A stretch of 64,000 nucleotides of DNA from a virus, in IMG/VR virus record IMGVR_UViG_3300037010_003037, positions 64,001-128,000 of that record. The stretch is one strand, 5' to 3'. A model generated the notes under the pieces. It saw only the letters and a program-made list of their open reading frames with translations, had not been told where the DNA came from and did not search any database. Positions 55,501-64,000 of this stretch are shown one piece after another (within the stretch, counting starts at the first letter, position 1; every line of letters starts with the position of its first letter). The translations under genes were made by a program, and so were the position numbers.

Positions 55501-58307
55501 AACTCCATTGTAGATGGCTTTAGCCACAGTTGCCCCGCATATGGGGTGCTTGGCATAGCCTCTACAAAATAGCCACCAGAAGTAGTTCCATCTGAACGTA
55601 AAACCTGTGTTTTTACAAGCTCACGATCAACATCAAAACTGCGTTGAATAATTGGAGAAATATGACCATCATGGTGAACAATGATGCTTATGCCAAGCTC
55701 TGGATCAAATGAAACATTCGGATGAACAGCTGGAATTAAACCGAACATTGGAAGCGTAGCTGGCCAATTAGGTATTTTTGCTGTTGTGTCACCAAAAACA
55801 TCACGGAGGTTTTGGTTATTTTCTCGTGATTTACAATATTCATCGAGTAATGATTGAATTTCGACAGAAAATGGATCAATATGAGAAATTGTAAGCGTGT
55901 TACCACGCGTAATATAAGATGGTATATTTTCTGAAACAAATTGATCAATACTTGCAAGAGCAACGTTGTATTGTTGTTCAGCAAAGTCAATGAGCGTGAT
56001 AGGACTCATGTCTTGCTGAATAAGCATGCTTGCTAGCAATGGAAAGTTTAGGTTAAAATCTCTTATGGTGCCACCATAAGCTGGATTAAACTCTAGCAAG
56101 CGAACGTTATTGTTTCCAAGAGACCCTCCTTTGAAACCATCCTGGTTACGTACTATGCTTCTAGCATGTTCAACTATATCACCATAAAATAATTCATCAC
56201 GTGTTTCACGTTCCATGTTTTGGAACATTCGAAGTGGTGTCATCCAAACACCATCAATATGATTATCAAGAGCATCAGCGCTAACACCACCAGGATAGTT
56301 AATGATTTGATCATTAATTTTCTTAATGTAACGCGGAGACAGCTTATTCATCACATTGAATGAAATAACATCACCATCTGAATATGCAGCTGGAGTTATT
56401 GTGATAATAAAATCATCGCATTCAAACGCTGTTCCAGGCAGAGCATTACCAACATTTCCAGAACGTTCACCAACAACTGTAAATTTTCCACCTGTATATG
56501 TAAGTGTCCATGTCTGAACATCAGCTGTCTGTTTAAGCATATCAAATGTTATGTTAGCACCAGCTACGTTAGGAAGTGTTACTGATTTTGCAACAGCACC
56601 AGTTACACCAGGCACCCATATTGTTTCAAGCTTAGCATTTGCAGCATCACCATCTGGCACCTTCTTGTAAAATAACAGACGACCTTGCTCGTCCTTCAAT
56701 CCATGGCCAAAAACAAAGTCATAGTCAGATGTTGTTTTAAGGCGTCTTTGAATAATCGGGTCAACATCAGAGCTCGCATCTTCAGCATAGAAGAAAATAG
56801 ATGAGGTTTTACCAGCATGAGTGCCATCATATCTAAAAAGATCAAATTGTGGTAGCTGGTTTTTAGAAGAAATATGCTGCGTTATTTTAATGGGACCATC
56901 TTGAGTTGGTTCACCATCTAAAGTAATAGAAGAGTTAAGCTGAAGATCCTCATCATATTCTATAATTGGTCTTTTTGCCTGTTCAGCCTGATCAATTGAA
57001 AAACCATATGATCCAAAAAGTGCATCAAAATCATCTTTGTGGTACCATCTATTTCTAATTTGCCAATCATTTACGTTGATAGGTGGATTAGTAGGATCAA
57101 GCGTAAATGTGATAGCTGAGGAAATTGGGGTATCATCATCTAATAGTGGGGTTTTTGCTGTTACTTCAAAAGTTTGCCCTGTAAAAGAGACATATACACG
57201 TGAGCCTATTTTTAAATGACTTTCTAGTGTAGCATTTGAGGCACGTTTCCATTTAACATTATCAATAATATAGATTCCGTTTTCATGTGGATCTGGTTGG
57301 TTTATTACAAGTACACCACGTCCGCGAATAACTTGATTTCCATTAAGATACATTAACGGAAGAGTTGATTTTACACCAAGCAATGCACCCTTACCAGAAG
57401 GAGAAATAGAATTAAAAGAAACAAAAATATTGCTTGTGCGATGAGAAACGCTAATAATAAATTCATCGTTGGCAGAGAATGGAATGGCTCCATTTTGAAT
57501 TGTCAATTCTAGAACTTGATCATTTGGTTCAGGGAAATTAGTATCATATGGTTTACCAATTCCATAGCCAACAATGCTCTTACCACGCACGAAAAGCTTA
57601 ACATGTGTCTTAGCACCAGAAGTAATAGATGATAAAGTACCTGTAGTAAGGCCACTTGGATCAGTGCTGTTAACAATGATCTTGCCACTATCTACTGGAT
57701 TTGACGATGTCACAACAAAGTCAGCACTTGATGTAAATTTAACAGTTATAACTTCATCTTCACGATCAGTACCTGTTAACTTAACTGGGGTTGTAGCAAG
57801 GTATGAAACAGGAAACTTAATCTTAGACTTTGGGTTTGGTCTAGCAATAGTGTAGTAATCTGGATCATTATGCGGATTACCGGGGAAAGTATTTGGTGCG
57901 ACTAGTATCTTACCTGCCCAATAATAGTTCCCATAGTTAATGAATTTGTCATAGTTAATAGGAACGTGAAAGTTGAAGTACTGCTCACTCATCCATGAGC
58001 GCATGTTCTCAATGTCAGCGTTCAGAACTTTTAATCGATTAACAAAATCATTAAATGTGTAAGCAGACTCTTCTGTTCCTGTCTTTACATAAAGAGCTGG
58101 AACAAGTGCGTTTACTTCTCGCTCTAAGTTTGAAGCAAAAATTTGCGGTTCACCATCAATTTGCTGTCCAATTCGTCCATCAATAAGCACGCTTCTTTCT
58201 TCTGCTACAAATCGATTGAACAGGTTTGAAACGAGACTTGTTAATGTCTCATTTTTAAGAGTTAAAGGAAGAAGTCTATTGAAATCTAAGTATTGTTTCT
58301 TTGCCAT
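49506..58307 (-). CDS. Giant (2933 aa) baseplate/tail structural protein
   Basis: Directly downstream of the gp6-like gene; DKFINYGNYYW, DEYWAYKIAEYG, YYFWV motifs; beta-rich. Confidence 0.8.
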   Translation of the reverse strand: MAKKQYLDFNRLLPLTLKNETLTSLVSNLFNRFVAEERSVLIDGRIGQQIDGEPQIFASNLEREVNALVPALYVKTGTEESAYTFNDFVNRLKVLNADIENMRSWMSEQYFNFHVPINYDKFINYGNYYWAGKILVAPNTFPGNPHNDPDYYTIARPNPKSKIKFPVSYLATTPVKLTGTDREDEVITVKFTSSADFVVTSSNPVDSGKIIVNSTDPSGLTTGTLSSITSGAKTHVKLFVRGKSIVGYGIGKPYDTNFPEPNDQVLELTIQNGAIPFSANDEFIISVSHRTSNIFVSFNSISPSGKGALLGVKSTLPLMYLNGNQVIRGRGVLVINQPDPHENGIYIIDNVKWKRASNATLESHLKIGSRVYVSFTGQTFEVTAKTPLLDDDTPISSAITFTLDPTNPPINVNDWQIRNRWYHKDDFDALFGSYGFSIDQAEQAKRPIIEYDEDLQLNSSITLDGEPTQDGPIKITQHISSKNQLPQFDLFRYDGTHAGKTSSIFFYAEDASSDVDPIIQRRLKTTSDYDFVFGHGLKDEQGRLLFYKKVPDGDAANAKLETIWVPGVTGAVAKSVTLPNVAGANITFDMLKQTADVQTWTLTYTGGKFTVVGERSGNVGNALPGTAFECDDFIITITPAAYSDGDVISFNVMNKLSPRYIKKINDQIINYPGGVSADALDNHIDGVWMTPLRMFQNMERETRDELFYGDIVEHARSIVRNQDGFKGGSLGNNNVRLLEFNPAYGGTIRDFNLNFPLLASMLIQQDMSPITLIDFAEQQYNVALASIDQFVSENIPSYITRGNTLTISHIDPFSVEIQSLLDEYCKSRENNQNLRDVFGDTTAKIPNWPATLPMFGLIPAVHPNVSFDPELGISIIVHHDGHISPIIQRSFDVDRELVKTQVLRSDGTTSGGYFVEAMPSTPYAGQLWLKPSTMELRVFSVNYDTPTTPPNGSTGQFWFNRSTRQMHEWDNVSNTWIVSSVTVANRWLPFSIETIRNSLVIAVEQKLFESVHPSQSVSSYLSNANVSRYSEIELARFALKYGYDTYAPDFKQNDAFTWNYSHAIIPGFTTVPARWYDIYKQHFNRPGQTVSTCRPNLEPWKLLNFAIKPPTWDALYASTVSGTNNIATPVRVVAWQNVPTLAGFPVIDGIQVANGDRILLIAQTLPEMNGIYIAAASSWTRSSDILAEGLTVGCLEGDTRANTVWVITTSGTIIPNVTPVTIEQVRMWKQQMWADIKAANPSLKLCVNIYNDAVLPPYVSPLESASSEALLTYIPSGISDVYRFGDNGPVEIVWKKSLEYLYGLARTAFRLQPLEFLSKSWGDTFVTAYPGGARLERNLSALQPHTSFLMHGERLNIINTYTSDEVQQRIKGTINAVNPNDKTREIIFEVSHVEDNLTIFSLFINGQLKAYVEEGLPFSIVTDGVSFNNVTIDDLGIPFELGEKLIINLYDDVVDVDSPNYVDPSLIINDFCEGCVADGAAVVHPTQPMKPVPTKFTHVAATVKKFKGLGQWFTNLLRFSFIDTEFSSATQAYRNWQLKLAHRIGALIRQDTLSINTTLGLLPTTSYNLLLKKNSNNDSLWITGLRVQLVSMGSRVINQYGYQAPKTDASDWVFRIESYSNQNPTIEKYVLNTSGEYLTFNALSKITTPLEWKRYTEKLSIETVTTPQIITGLQNVINFIFGYVDRLHDLGWRIYSEGMPVTDEETGRNLDWQLEIEKFIDRVYKGMNAGDAHILNPFMENLTLITPYGLMARYSDRVFIDAYSAQGAYDVTGALIPVDKLHVIRTDEYAVTYTNTPIFSAHVFIDEYEHAILFNKKFSDENGAATLFDPFTSARIKTAYLNYIRQEEPNGKPTFEGFFLSGNNVRRNLMSSVDASASYYDAAKTFYEPTTAEHALALLGYSKKSYFDKIDVNNSTQFNFWRGLIQAKGTNMTIDAFVNYKKFNDASVDEYWAYKIAEYGDAREKSSPELKIEPTDTTQKYLRLQFYTNGDGVDLMPLFTHIESGDDTRWFSINDLGKGLYFEAERISETVVVDASNTFPAYIRLSNIYHNGDGVEPSVTGPFNCKVINASLIKVDGPGTYKVTGFTWINPTKLSPIKLINYKDSILIDDISLWHPAIGIHAQAPLEVVDIISHADPARYNYSMQTTNNENYHTLKPWAQREVGRVWWNTANLGYIPYYDAKIFPNRDARLQRWGLLADWASIDLYEWVESPVHPAKYDDLAAKQEGSAEIDPRLKASGRAALKKYYKRDRIIKRKPIAWSKAGVGNSNAHPSFGSTLIKVFVSGNLLVADKGRCKDQTLVADRHFGGWKNNKPVGEVKIVDNIQYVIGSSVLLDQPMIVPSGTKLASIELEPLKIPAFGSKIGAIKLSKKTISAGVFALRMSDALGNYEDTQVNDWVSTDAVNDNLLIVKFETFGLSVRIKRAIFGNTPLTSEEIIDSIVNGEQDIYIREGISFEEIIPLPDDIFINDKNDIDYSESEYEWKTWETPTQKELDSDLVPPFNMWKPYVGDEQIVSATSSIISEMYNPINTLVLRTGESIARYTVSWTEWKLLNDLRLNKISNGVDPILFVLPEEIDNNRVSVYVNGIQVNPSGYVISGYLLQIVNTPQEGSSVLVLYRAYVPSSKELEFDPDVAEDYTIQTQYKLDYQYTVIQQRDADGNITAAKYYFWVQDKTIPQVNKTMSLAQAQDILTVGPSTYTIFVRALPSNDKKYPAKFDSCAIAGLSAFVTKDSAFKLRFVRDFTLRDDPEEINLKNTHSEWKLIRKSQRNKIPAQLWELITAAVSGIDAGGNPVPSQARIDYDNRNGTRTRFGFGKGQIFADTELVKKSIINTILNTQCTLRVGNKVITDYITALDFSKSSEWFATPEKARETMSIIYKTARASQVNEIFFAVLDDALANNFEFSDIFKTSYITVSSSTTIVQATQVEQQDELY

Positions 58308-58311
58308 GAGC

Positions 58312-58363
58312 TGATTGCTGGATAAATCATGAATAATATAATATCTTATTTATCCAGCAATCA
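58312..58363 (-). promoter_or_regulatory. 16-bp perfect inverted repeat containing a late promoter (GATAAATA) and abutting the start codon
   Basis: TGATTGCTGGATAAAT (58312-58327) and ATTTATCCAGCAATCA (58348-58363); ATG 4 nt from the stem. Confidence 0.75.
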
Positions 58364-58383
58364 AAATGCTTAGAAAGTCATTT

Positions 58384-61300
58384 TTACTTGATTTGTCTTA
58401 GAACGGATGGAGTAAGTGCATCAACTATTTCGATGTCATTAATAGTTGCTGCTGATTGAAGAATTTCATCAAATCCTGACTCGATCGTAAACAATGAACC
58501 AAATGAGTTCACTGAATACATTGGAACTAGAACAACAGAGGAAATTTGAGAGGTTAAGCGCTGGTGAATTAAAGAGATTAGTTCAGTAGCGTAGAATGTA
58601 TCTCCAAAATCCCATCCTTGAATGTCAAAGAACTTATCTATAACAGCTATGATCTCTTGTTTGATGCGCTCATCAGAGAACGTAGCTGTTGGTGACTTAA
58701 CAACCCTAAACTTAGCGCGGAACCTCTGATCTGCTTTTTCACCAAACAATAACTTTATTTTCCCAGGATGCAAAACAACAGTGTCAGACAACATCTTGTT
58801 CTTCAACAAATAACCATATGCTGTTCTTAGTTCTAGAGGTGTTGGAGGTATAGGCTCAATAGAGCTAAACCCCTTTATGTAATCCCTCATGCTTATATAG
58901 TACCCACGAGTTAACAAAAATGCATCATGTATATTAGTAACTGATGGGTCAATAAGGTTAGTGACAGGAGAGAAGTGCTGCCACATAAAATCAAGACCTT
59001 TAATCAAGTTGCATCCATCTATTCCATTATCTCCTGTTGGAGATACTGGTGCTGGTACCATTCTTCTTCTAACAATAGTTACATTTACGGCTGATGGAGA
59101 GATAAGTTTACCAACGTAGTTTCCATATTCAAATGCGTAAAAAACTCCACTACCAGCAGGGAACTCGATTCCCATTCTGTCATACACTGTTGTGTCATAA
59201 TCAGGGATATCATATCCATCTATCAGCGTATATCTATAATTTGGATCTTGTTCATCACATGCCAGCCAACGAATTGTGGTACCATCTGCAGAAACAATTC
59301 CGTATTGATAAGAATCTTTTGAGAACGCTTCAAATTGTAAAATATTATCTGGAGTAGCATCTCCAGAACGAATGAAGTTTATTGTATCTGTTGGTGCAAC
59401 TTCTAATTGATTGAAATTTATAACTCCATCTGAGTTATATACAAAACCTAGTGCATCATAAATGTGCGCGCTTACAAGTGGTTTACCAAATTCATCTAAA
59501 TTTGAACGTAGAATTCTGATTTTGTCAACAACTGGTTTTTTAGTTTCAGAATCCAAAATCTGATCATTTTGATTGTACCAGAACTTTGTTGTGTTGCTTT
59601 GAACTATAGTCTTAGTATTTCTGTTAAAAATCTTCCATGATGTTGTTGTCCCACCATTATCTTCACGAACAATCATGAAGATCCATGATTGGGCTTTTAT
59701 CGCTTGGTTAAAAGTCATCTGTTGTGCAAGATCTGGGCCATTCTCATCAAGTCCTGCCCCTCCAATGTATGGTTTAAGGTTAATCATCTCAGCATCCGCA
59801 GGAACTGATGGATTAGCTCTCATAACTGCATCAGGAATTATTTCCCACCAACCTGTAAAGTTTACTTTATATTTGAGACCATGAATTTTTCGAACAGTTG
59901 CTGTGAAATCACCACTCGAAGGATAAGACTGTTTTTGAATATCAATAACAAAGCCATCTCCCGTTTGGAATGGAGAATTTACATCATTAGTAATAGAGAA
60001 ATCTACTGGAAGATTATGACCATGTTGATCAGACCACCGAGCTCCATTTCCAATAACATAATTAGGTAATCTTCCACGTAGATTTGAAATAACGGTAAAG
60101 GTGACACCATCAGAAGTCATCTCGATGGTTATTACTTCTTTCTTATGCGCGAACTGGTCAAGCCCGTTCGCCTTTGGAGCACCTGCACTACCGTCACCAT
60201 ATCCCCATATGCTTTGTGAAGGATCAGTTGGTGGCAGATTGTTGTCAAAGCTGTGGAGTCTAATATCACCACCACCAAAACAGCGAATAAATGGGTTAAA
60301 GCGCAAGCCAAAGATCTTTTGTGGTGGAACTTGCTGAAGACCAGAACCCACATCGCCAGGAGGATAGGTGTTTACACCATCAATAGTTCTTGGTAGATCT
60401 GGCTGGTAAATTTTTCCATCATCTTCAGGATAAAGTATTGGATCCTTAATGATACCATGGCGAACGCCATTAATTATAGCGTACTGCTGAACATCACCAT
60501 ACCAGTGCTGGTCAAGTGCTCCTTGAATAGCTGTTTTCTCGTTTAAAGAACCATCACCACCGTTTATTAATGTAGATTGAACCCACGCATCATAAAGCTC
60601 ACCATATGGTGCGACAACAGTATCATCAAGACGATAGTATCTTGTCTGGTTATCTTCTACAAAAACTCTGCGTGGGTATGAAATAATGCCATCGGCATCT
60701 GGTGATGTTGCAATAGCGTGTACAATGCTATTAAACACACCAGGACTTTGAAGCAAAGGCTCAATGAAAGAGTCTATTATGGTTCTGGCTGATAAGCGCG
60801 TTTCAACCATATCAACTGATATATCAGAAAACATTATAAGATCATCACCAAATAACTTAACGTTCTCATAATGACGTGATGCGTCATTCCATTCAATATA
60901 TTTTGGTTGACCAGCAAATGTTCTGTTGATCGTTTTAAGACGTAAGATTGTTGGGTCCTTCAACATGAAGGTGTTATAATCTTGGCCATTTACCATTCTG
61001 TTCTGCGCGTAGTACGTAGAAGGTGCGGCCTGTCTTATTTGCTCAGTAGTTTCAGATTGTGAGTTGTTTTGAATTGCTGCAGTTAGAGAGAACGTAATGT
61101 TACACGTGTGCGTATTGTTTTGCTGGTTAGTGTAGACAAAGCTCATTGGCTGACCAGCGATTCTATTCTTTGGAATAAAGATGTTTTGGTTAGTGGACAC
61201 TCTAGTCCAGATTTGGAATTTTCCGACTGGAGCATCGCTAAAGTTTCCATCACCAAATAACAACGCGATTCGATCGTTTTCTAACGTTTCAACCTCAAAT

Positions 61301-62265
61301 TTTTTACGGCCACTTTGATCATTGAACTGAAGGTTTTGTTCACTTAGTGTCTCAACTTCATGCCACACTTCAGTAATGACATCATCATCATTTACTCTGT
61401 AAACCCATACGTCAGTGTTGTTTATATTGATAGCTTCAAGCTCAAGACGCCGGTTTGCTGTTGGTTCAAGAATAGTGTAATCTGTTCTTATAAGAGTACC
61501 TTGCTTCACAAACATCATGAAGCCAGTAAAGTCGGATCCATCACCCTTTCCATCATTAGCATAAACTATGTTGAACTGTGCGTTCAAATCTGGGGAACGT
61601 TCAAATGGACCATTTTCGTCTATGTCAATAGGTACAGCTTCCATTTGAAACTGTTCATTGGCACCTGATGCAATAAATGAGTAGACGCCGTTTCTAAACG
61701 AGTTAGTATGATTATTAAATGTGTAGAGCTGCATCGACACATCACCAATTTGTACAGCCTTAATTGGCTGCCCAAAGTGTGTGGTTAAAACCTTGTTAAT
61801 TACTAAAAAGAACTGTTCTTTCCAATTAGTATTGTTTGGATCATTCCACGTGATAGTAACATTTGAAAGGTTGTTGCCTAGAGAGTCAAATACCGTTTCA
61901 GATGTACTGATAGAGTTAATTTTTACTAACCCGCGAGCAGGAATATTTCTAGAAGCTTTATATGAAATCAACCGGGCTAGACGAAGAATTGATTGCTTGC
62001 GCTGAGCAGTTGTGATAAAGTTTTCATGCGCCATCGTGTCAACACGGTACGCAAGCTGTTCAGCTACGTATGCAAAAAGTTCAAGGATAGCAATAAGCTC
62101 TGATGACTCAATAAAGTCATTAAAGTGTTCAGCATGATAGATTTTAAGATACTGTATTAGGGATTCTTTAACAGTATCATAATCGTATGCCGTGAAGTTT
62201 ATTTGTTGAAAGGCGTTATAAACCTTGTCCCAAGCTTCAGCTGCGTATGTTGTTCGAAAGGTCAT
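58384..62265 (-). CDS. Baseplate wedge protein (gp6-like, enlarged)
   Basis: YDYDTVKESL, NDFIESSE, ENFITTAQRKQSILRLARLISY, FGDGNF, QNRMVNGQDY. Confidence 0.9.
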   Translation of the reverse strand: MTFRTTYAAEAWDKVYNAFQQINFTAYDYDTVKESLIQYLKIYHAEHFNDFIESSELIAILELFAYVAEQLAYRVDTMAHENFITTAQRKQSILRLARLISYKASRNIPARGLVKINSISTSETVFDSLGNNLSNVTITWNDPNNTNWKEQFFLVINKVLTTHFGQPIKAVQIGDVSMQLYTFNNHTNSFRNGVYSFIASGANEQFQMEAVPIDIDENGPFERSPDLNAQFNIVYANDGKGDGSDFTGFMMFVKQGTLIRTDYTILEPTANRRLELEAININNTDVWVYRVNDDDVITEVWHEVETLSEQNLQFNDQSGRKKFEVETLENDRIALLFGDGNFSDAPVGKFQIWTRVSTNQNIFIPKNRIAGQPMSFVYTNQQNNTHTCNITFSLTAAIQNNSQSETTEQIRQAAPSTYYAQNRMVNGQDYNTFMLKDPTILRLKTINRTFAGQPKYIEWNDASRHYENVKLFGDDLIMFSDISVDMVETRLSARTIIDSFIEPLLQSPGVFNSIVHAIATSPDADGIISYPRRVFVEDNQTRYYRLDDTVVAPYGELYDAWVQSTLINGGDGSLNEKTAIQGALDQHWYGDVQQYAIINGVRHGIIKDPILYPEDDGKIYQPDLPRTIDGVNTYPPGDVGSGLQQVPPQKIFGLRFNPFIRCFGGGDIRLHSFDNNLPPTDPSQSIWGYGDGSAGAPKANGLDQFAHKKEVITIEMTSDGVTFTVISNLRGRLPNYVIGNGARWSDQHGHNLPVDFSITNDVNSPFQTGDGFVIDIQKQSYPSSGDFTATVRKIHGLKYKVNFTGWWEIIPDAVMRANPSVPADAEMINLKPYIGGAGLDENGPDLAQQMTFNQAIKAQSWIFMIVREDNGGTTTSWKIFNRNTKTIVQSNTTKFWYNQNDQILDSETKKPVVDKIRILRSNLDEFGKPLVSAHIYDALGFVYNSDGVINFNQLEVAPTDTINFIRSGDATPDNILQFEAFSKDSYQYGIVSADGTTIRWLACDEQDPNYRYTLIDGYDIPDYDTTVYDRMGIEFPAGSGVFYAFEYGNYVGKLISPSAVNVTIVRRRMVPAPVSPTGDNGIDGCNLIKGLDFMWQHFSPVTNLIDPSVTNIHDAFLLTRGYYISMRDYIKGFSSIEPIPPTPLELRTAYGYLLKNKMLSDTVVLHPGKIKLLFGEKADQRFRAKFRVVKSPTATFSDERIKQEIIAVIDKFFDIQGWDFGDTFYATELISLIHQRLTSQISSVVLVPMYSVNSFGSLFTIESGFDEILQSAATINDIEIVDALTPSVLRQIK

Positions 62266-62270
62266 GATGT

Positions 62271-62642
62271 TTACTGTGTTGGTACTTCAATTCTAAGAAC
62301 GTCTCTTACATTGAATTCAATGTAAAGCAAATCTGCAAGAGCAATAATAGCATTGTTATCAGGCAAGGATGCAACACTTAGTTTTATGAGATTTACTCTA
62401 GGATCATAGTTAAAGACTTCTGTTAAGTCATCTTCAACTATTTTTCTGCTACGCTCATCATTTGGTTCAAAAACAAGTGTTGGAATACGTGTACCAAAGC
62501 CTGGCATCATCACGCGCTCACCTTTTTCAGTAAAAATGTGATTTAAAAGGTCACGTTTTACGAGCTCAATGTTCTTAAGCCCAAACGTTCGTCTATTTTT
62601 CCAATCTGCTGTTGAAAAACCTTTGTAAATTGCGCGTGACAT
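62271..62642 (-). CDS. Baseplate wedge subunit gp25-like
   Basis: LVKRDLLNHIFTEKGERVMMPGFGT...FEP...YDPRV. Confidence 0.92.
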   Translation of the reverse strand: MSRAIYKGFSTADWKNRRTFGLKNIELVKRDLLNHIFTEKGERVMMPGFGTRIPTLVFEPNDERSRKIVEDDLTEVFNYDPRVNLIKLSVASLPDNNAIIALADLLYIEFNVRDVLRIEVPTQ

Positions 62643-62666
62643 GTGCTTACCTCTTGTTTATCAAAG

Positions 62667-62674
62667 TATTTATT
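62667..62674 (-). promoter_or_regulatory. Late promoter AATAAATA
   Basis: 24 bp upstream of the gp25-like gene, before a GAGGT RBS. Confidence 0.5.
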
Positions 62675-62696
62675 TGCACAACAGATAGTTCAAAAA

Positions 62697-63947
62697 TTAC
62701 GGTTTCCAGTTTGGTCCCCTTGGATTTGGTGATGGTGGTCTGTCCCATGGTTCATGACCTGGTACAATCGACGGTGAGTCTGCTATTAACGCGCAAACTT
62801 GATTATCATTAATCGATGATCCACCGCCAGTGCCCGAACCACCATTTAAGTAAATTACCTCAGCTGACTCGGTGATATGAGATCCACCAATTAGATCCAT
62901 TCCTGTATTTGCTTTGATATTAACACTAAGCTCACTAGACATAAAAATATCTTGACAAGCTGATAGAATGAACTTTTCTTTAGTATTCACGTACATTGAC
63001 TTACCGGTGCTCATTTTAATGTTGTCTTCATTCGCCTTTACATTAAATGCTTTATCAGCTTCAATGTTGATGTTTCTGTCAGCATAAAAATTAATGTCCT
63101 CTCCAGCACGAAAGCTTATGGACAGAGCTGAGAACACGTGAATATGTCCATCTAAATCCATTTCAATCCAAGATTTTCCTTTTGCGGTGCTTATATAAAT
63201 TCGCTCGTTCGCATCATCAAAAATCATCTGATGACCTTCTGCGGTTTTAACACGCAGCCGGGCAAATTTTGGATGATCTTGCATAATGATTGCATGCCGA
63301 CCAGGAGTTACCCAGCAATAAGTTTGTGGATCAAGATATCTAGGATTTTTAGCTCCTGCTGGATACCCTTCTGCACCATCTTTATCTGTCTTAGCTTGCG
63401 CTACTTGCCGTTCATAAGCTCCACGAGTAATTGCCTGAGAAGCATTAAGCTTATCCTGGAACTGTTGTCGTAAATTATCAAATGCTGGCTGAATTGGTTC
63501 GAGCTTACCAGTTCCATCACCTGCATCACCCCATGGCCCAGGCATTCCATCTTTATCAAAGTTTCTTCCTGCAGGTAACGATCTATTTCTGTGAAGTCGA
63601 AGAGATGATGCGAAGTAACATCTTTGATTAGGGTTAGCATTCAAAAAGAACACATATACAGTCGCACCAATCTTTGGAATCGCCCAAAAACCATATGCCG
63701 CATGGGATGTATTTTCAACTGGTATACCACCTGCTGGGTATTCAACAGTAAAACCAAAGAATGGTGATGCGTACTCTGCCCATGGAATTGCATCTATGTC
63801 AATGTTTTCGCCATCAAGTGCTGGAATCCAAACCTTCACGCGACCCATCTGATCTGGATCTTCAGTGAAGATTACTTGTCCTTCCATGATGAACGGAATT
63901 CCATCATGAAAAAATTCTGAAGATTGCTGAAATTGTTTATAAATCAT
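62697..63947 (-). CDS. Baseplate hub / spike protein (gp5/VgrG-like, no lysozyme domain)
   Basis: DPDQMGRVKVWIP, PWAEYASPF, YGFWAIP, RVKTAEGHQMIFDD, beta-helix repeats, HEPW C-terminus. Confidence 0.88.
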   Translation of the reverse strand: MIYKQFQQSSEFFHDGIPFIMEGQVIFTEDPDQMGRVKVWIPALDGENIDIDAIPWAEYASPFFGFTVEYPAGGIPVENTSHAAYGFWAIPKIGATVYVFFLNANPNQRCYFASSLRLHRNRSLPAGRNFDKDGMPGPWGDAGDGTGKLEPIQPAFDNLRQQFQDKLNASQAITRGAYERQVAQAKTDKDGAEGYPAGAKNPRYLDPQTYCWVTPGRHAIIMQDHPKFARLRVKTAEGHQMIFDDANERIYISTAKGKSWIEMDLDGHIHVFSALSISFRAGEDINFYADRNINIEADKAFNVKANEDNIKMSTGKSMYVNTKEKFILSACQDIFMSSELSVNIKANTGMDLIGGSHITESAEVIYLNGGSGTGGGSSINDNQVCALIADSPSIVPGHEPWDRPPSPNPRGPNWKP

Positions 63948-63953
63948 GTTCTT

Positions 63954-64000
63954 TTACACTGTCCGACGTAGTTGACTATTGTCATTATCTCTTGATTCAG
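63954..64000 (-). CDS. 3' end of an upstream gene truncated by window edge
   Basis: Minus strand reads ...ESRDNDNSQLRRTV* ending 6 nt before the gp5-like ATG. Confidence 0.4.
   Translation of the reverse strand, partial: ESRDNDNSQLRRTV

Noticed and set aside
1-64000. Stop-codon reassignment
   Set aside because: Genes are full length in the standard code. TAG is rare as a stop (seen at 38863) but no gene is fragmented by TAG or TGA; the one interruption found is a TAA.
1-64000. Numerous 60-160 aa ORFs antisense to or overlapping long genes; tRNA or rRNA genes
   Set aside because: The short ORFs lack an RBS or motifs and overlap well-supported genes. No cloverleaf or T-loop signature was noticed in the intergenic gaps; a tRNAscan run would confirm.

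Overview
A 64-kb piece of an AT-rich, T4-like (jumbo-type) myophage genome. The spanin pair indicates a Gram-negative host. Plus strand, 1-36 kb: (i) a tailoring-enzyme cluster with a glycosyltransferase, a probable decayed radical-SAM remnant, three mosaic tandem SGNH-hydrolase paralogs, a radical SAM enzyme, an unannotated 36-aa peptide ending DPFIY, a NodU/CmcH carbamoyltransferase and a glycosyltransferase-methyltransferase fusion, several preceded by T4-type late TAAATA boxes; (ii) an RNA-repair block (cyclic-phosphate receiver-like protein, Rnl1- and Rnl2-type ligases) behind a sigma70-like promoter with twin palindromic operators; (iii) replication genes (DsbA-like, PolB with a 170-aa mini-intein in YGDTDS, probable clamp, RNase H, primase, helicase, exonucleases, UDG-like); (iv) a ~1190-aa late protein with a ligase-like N-terminus, an acidic repeat and apparent protease-cleavage-type motifs. 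Minus strand, 36-64 kb: baseplate genes (gp5-, gp25-, gp6-like, a 2933-aa protein), fibre proteins sharing a small 'HNL' module, spanins and an M23+lysozyme hydrolase. Several promoters sit inside hairpins that would occlude translation starts on read-through mRNA. No tRNA, rRNA, CRISPR array or reverse transcriptase was seen. All calls come from motif recognition by eye; no database searches were run.
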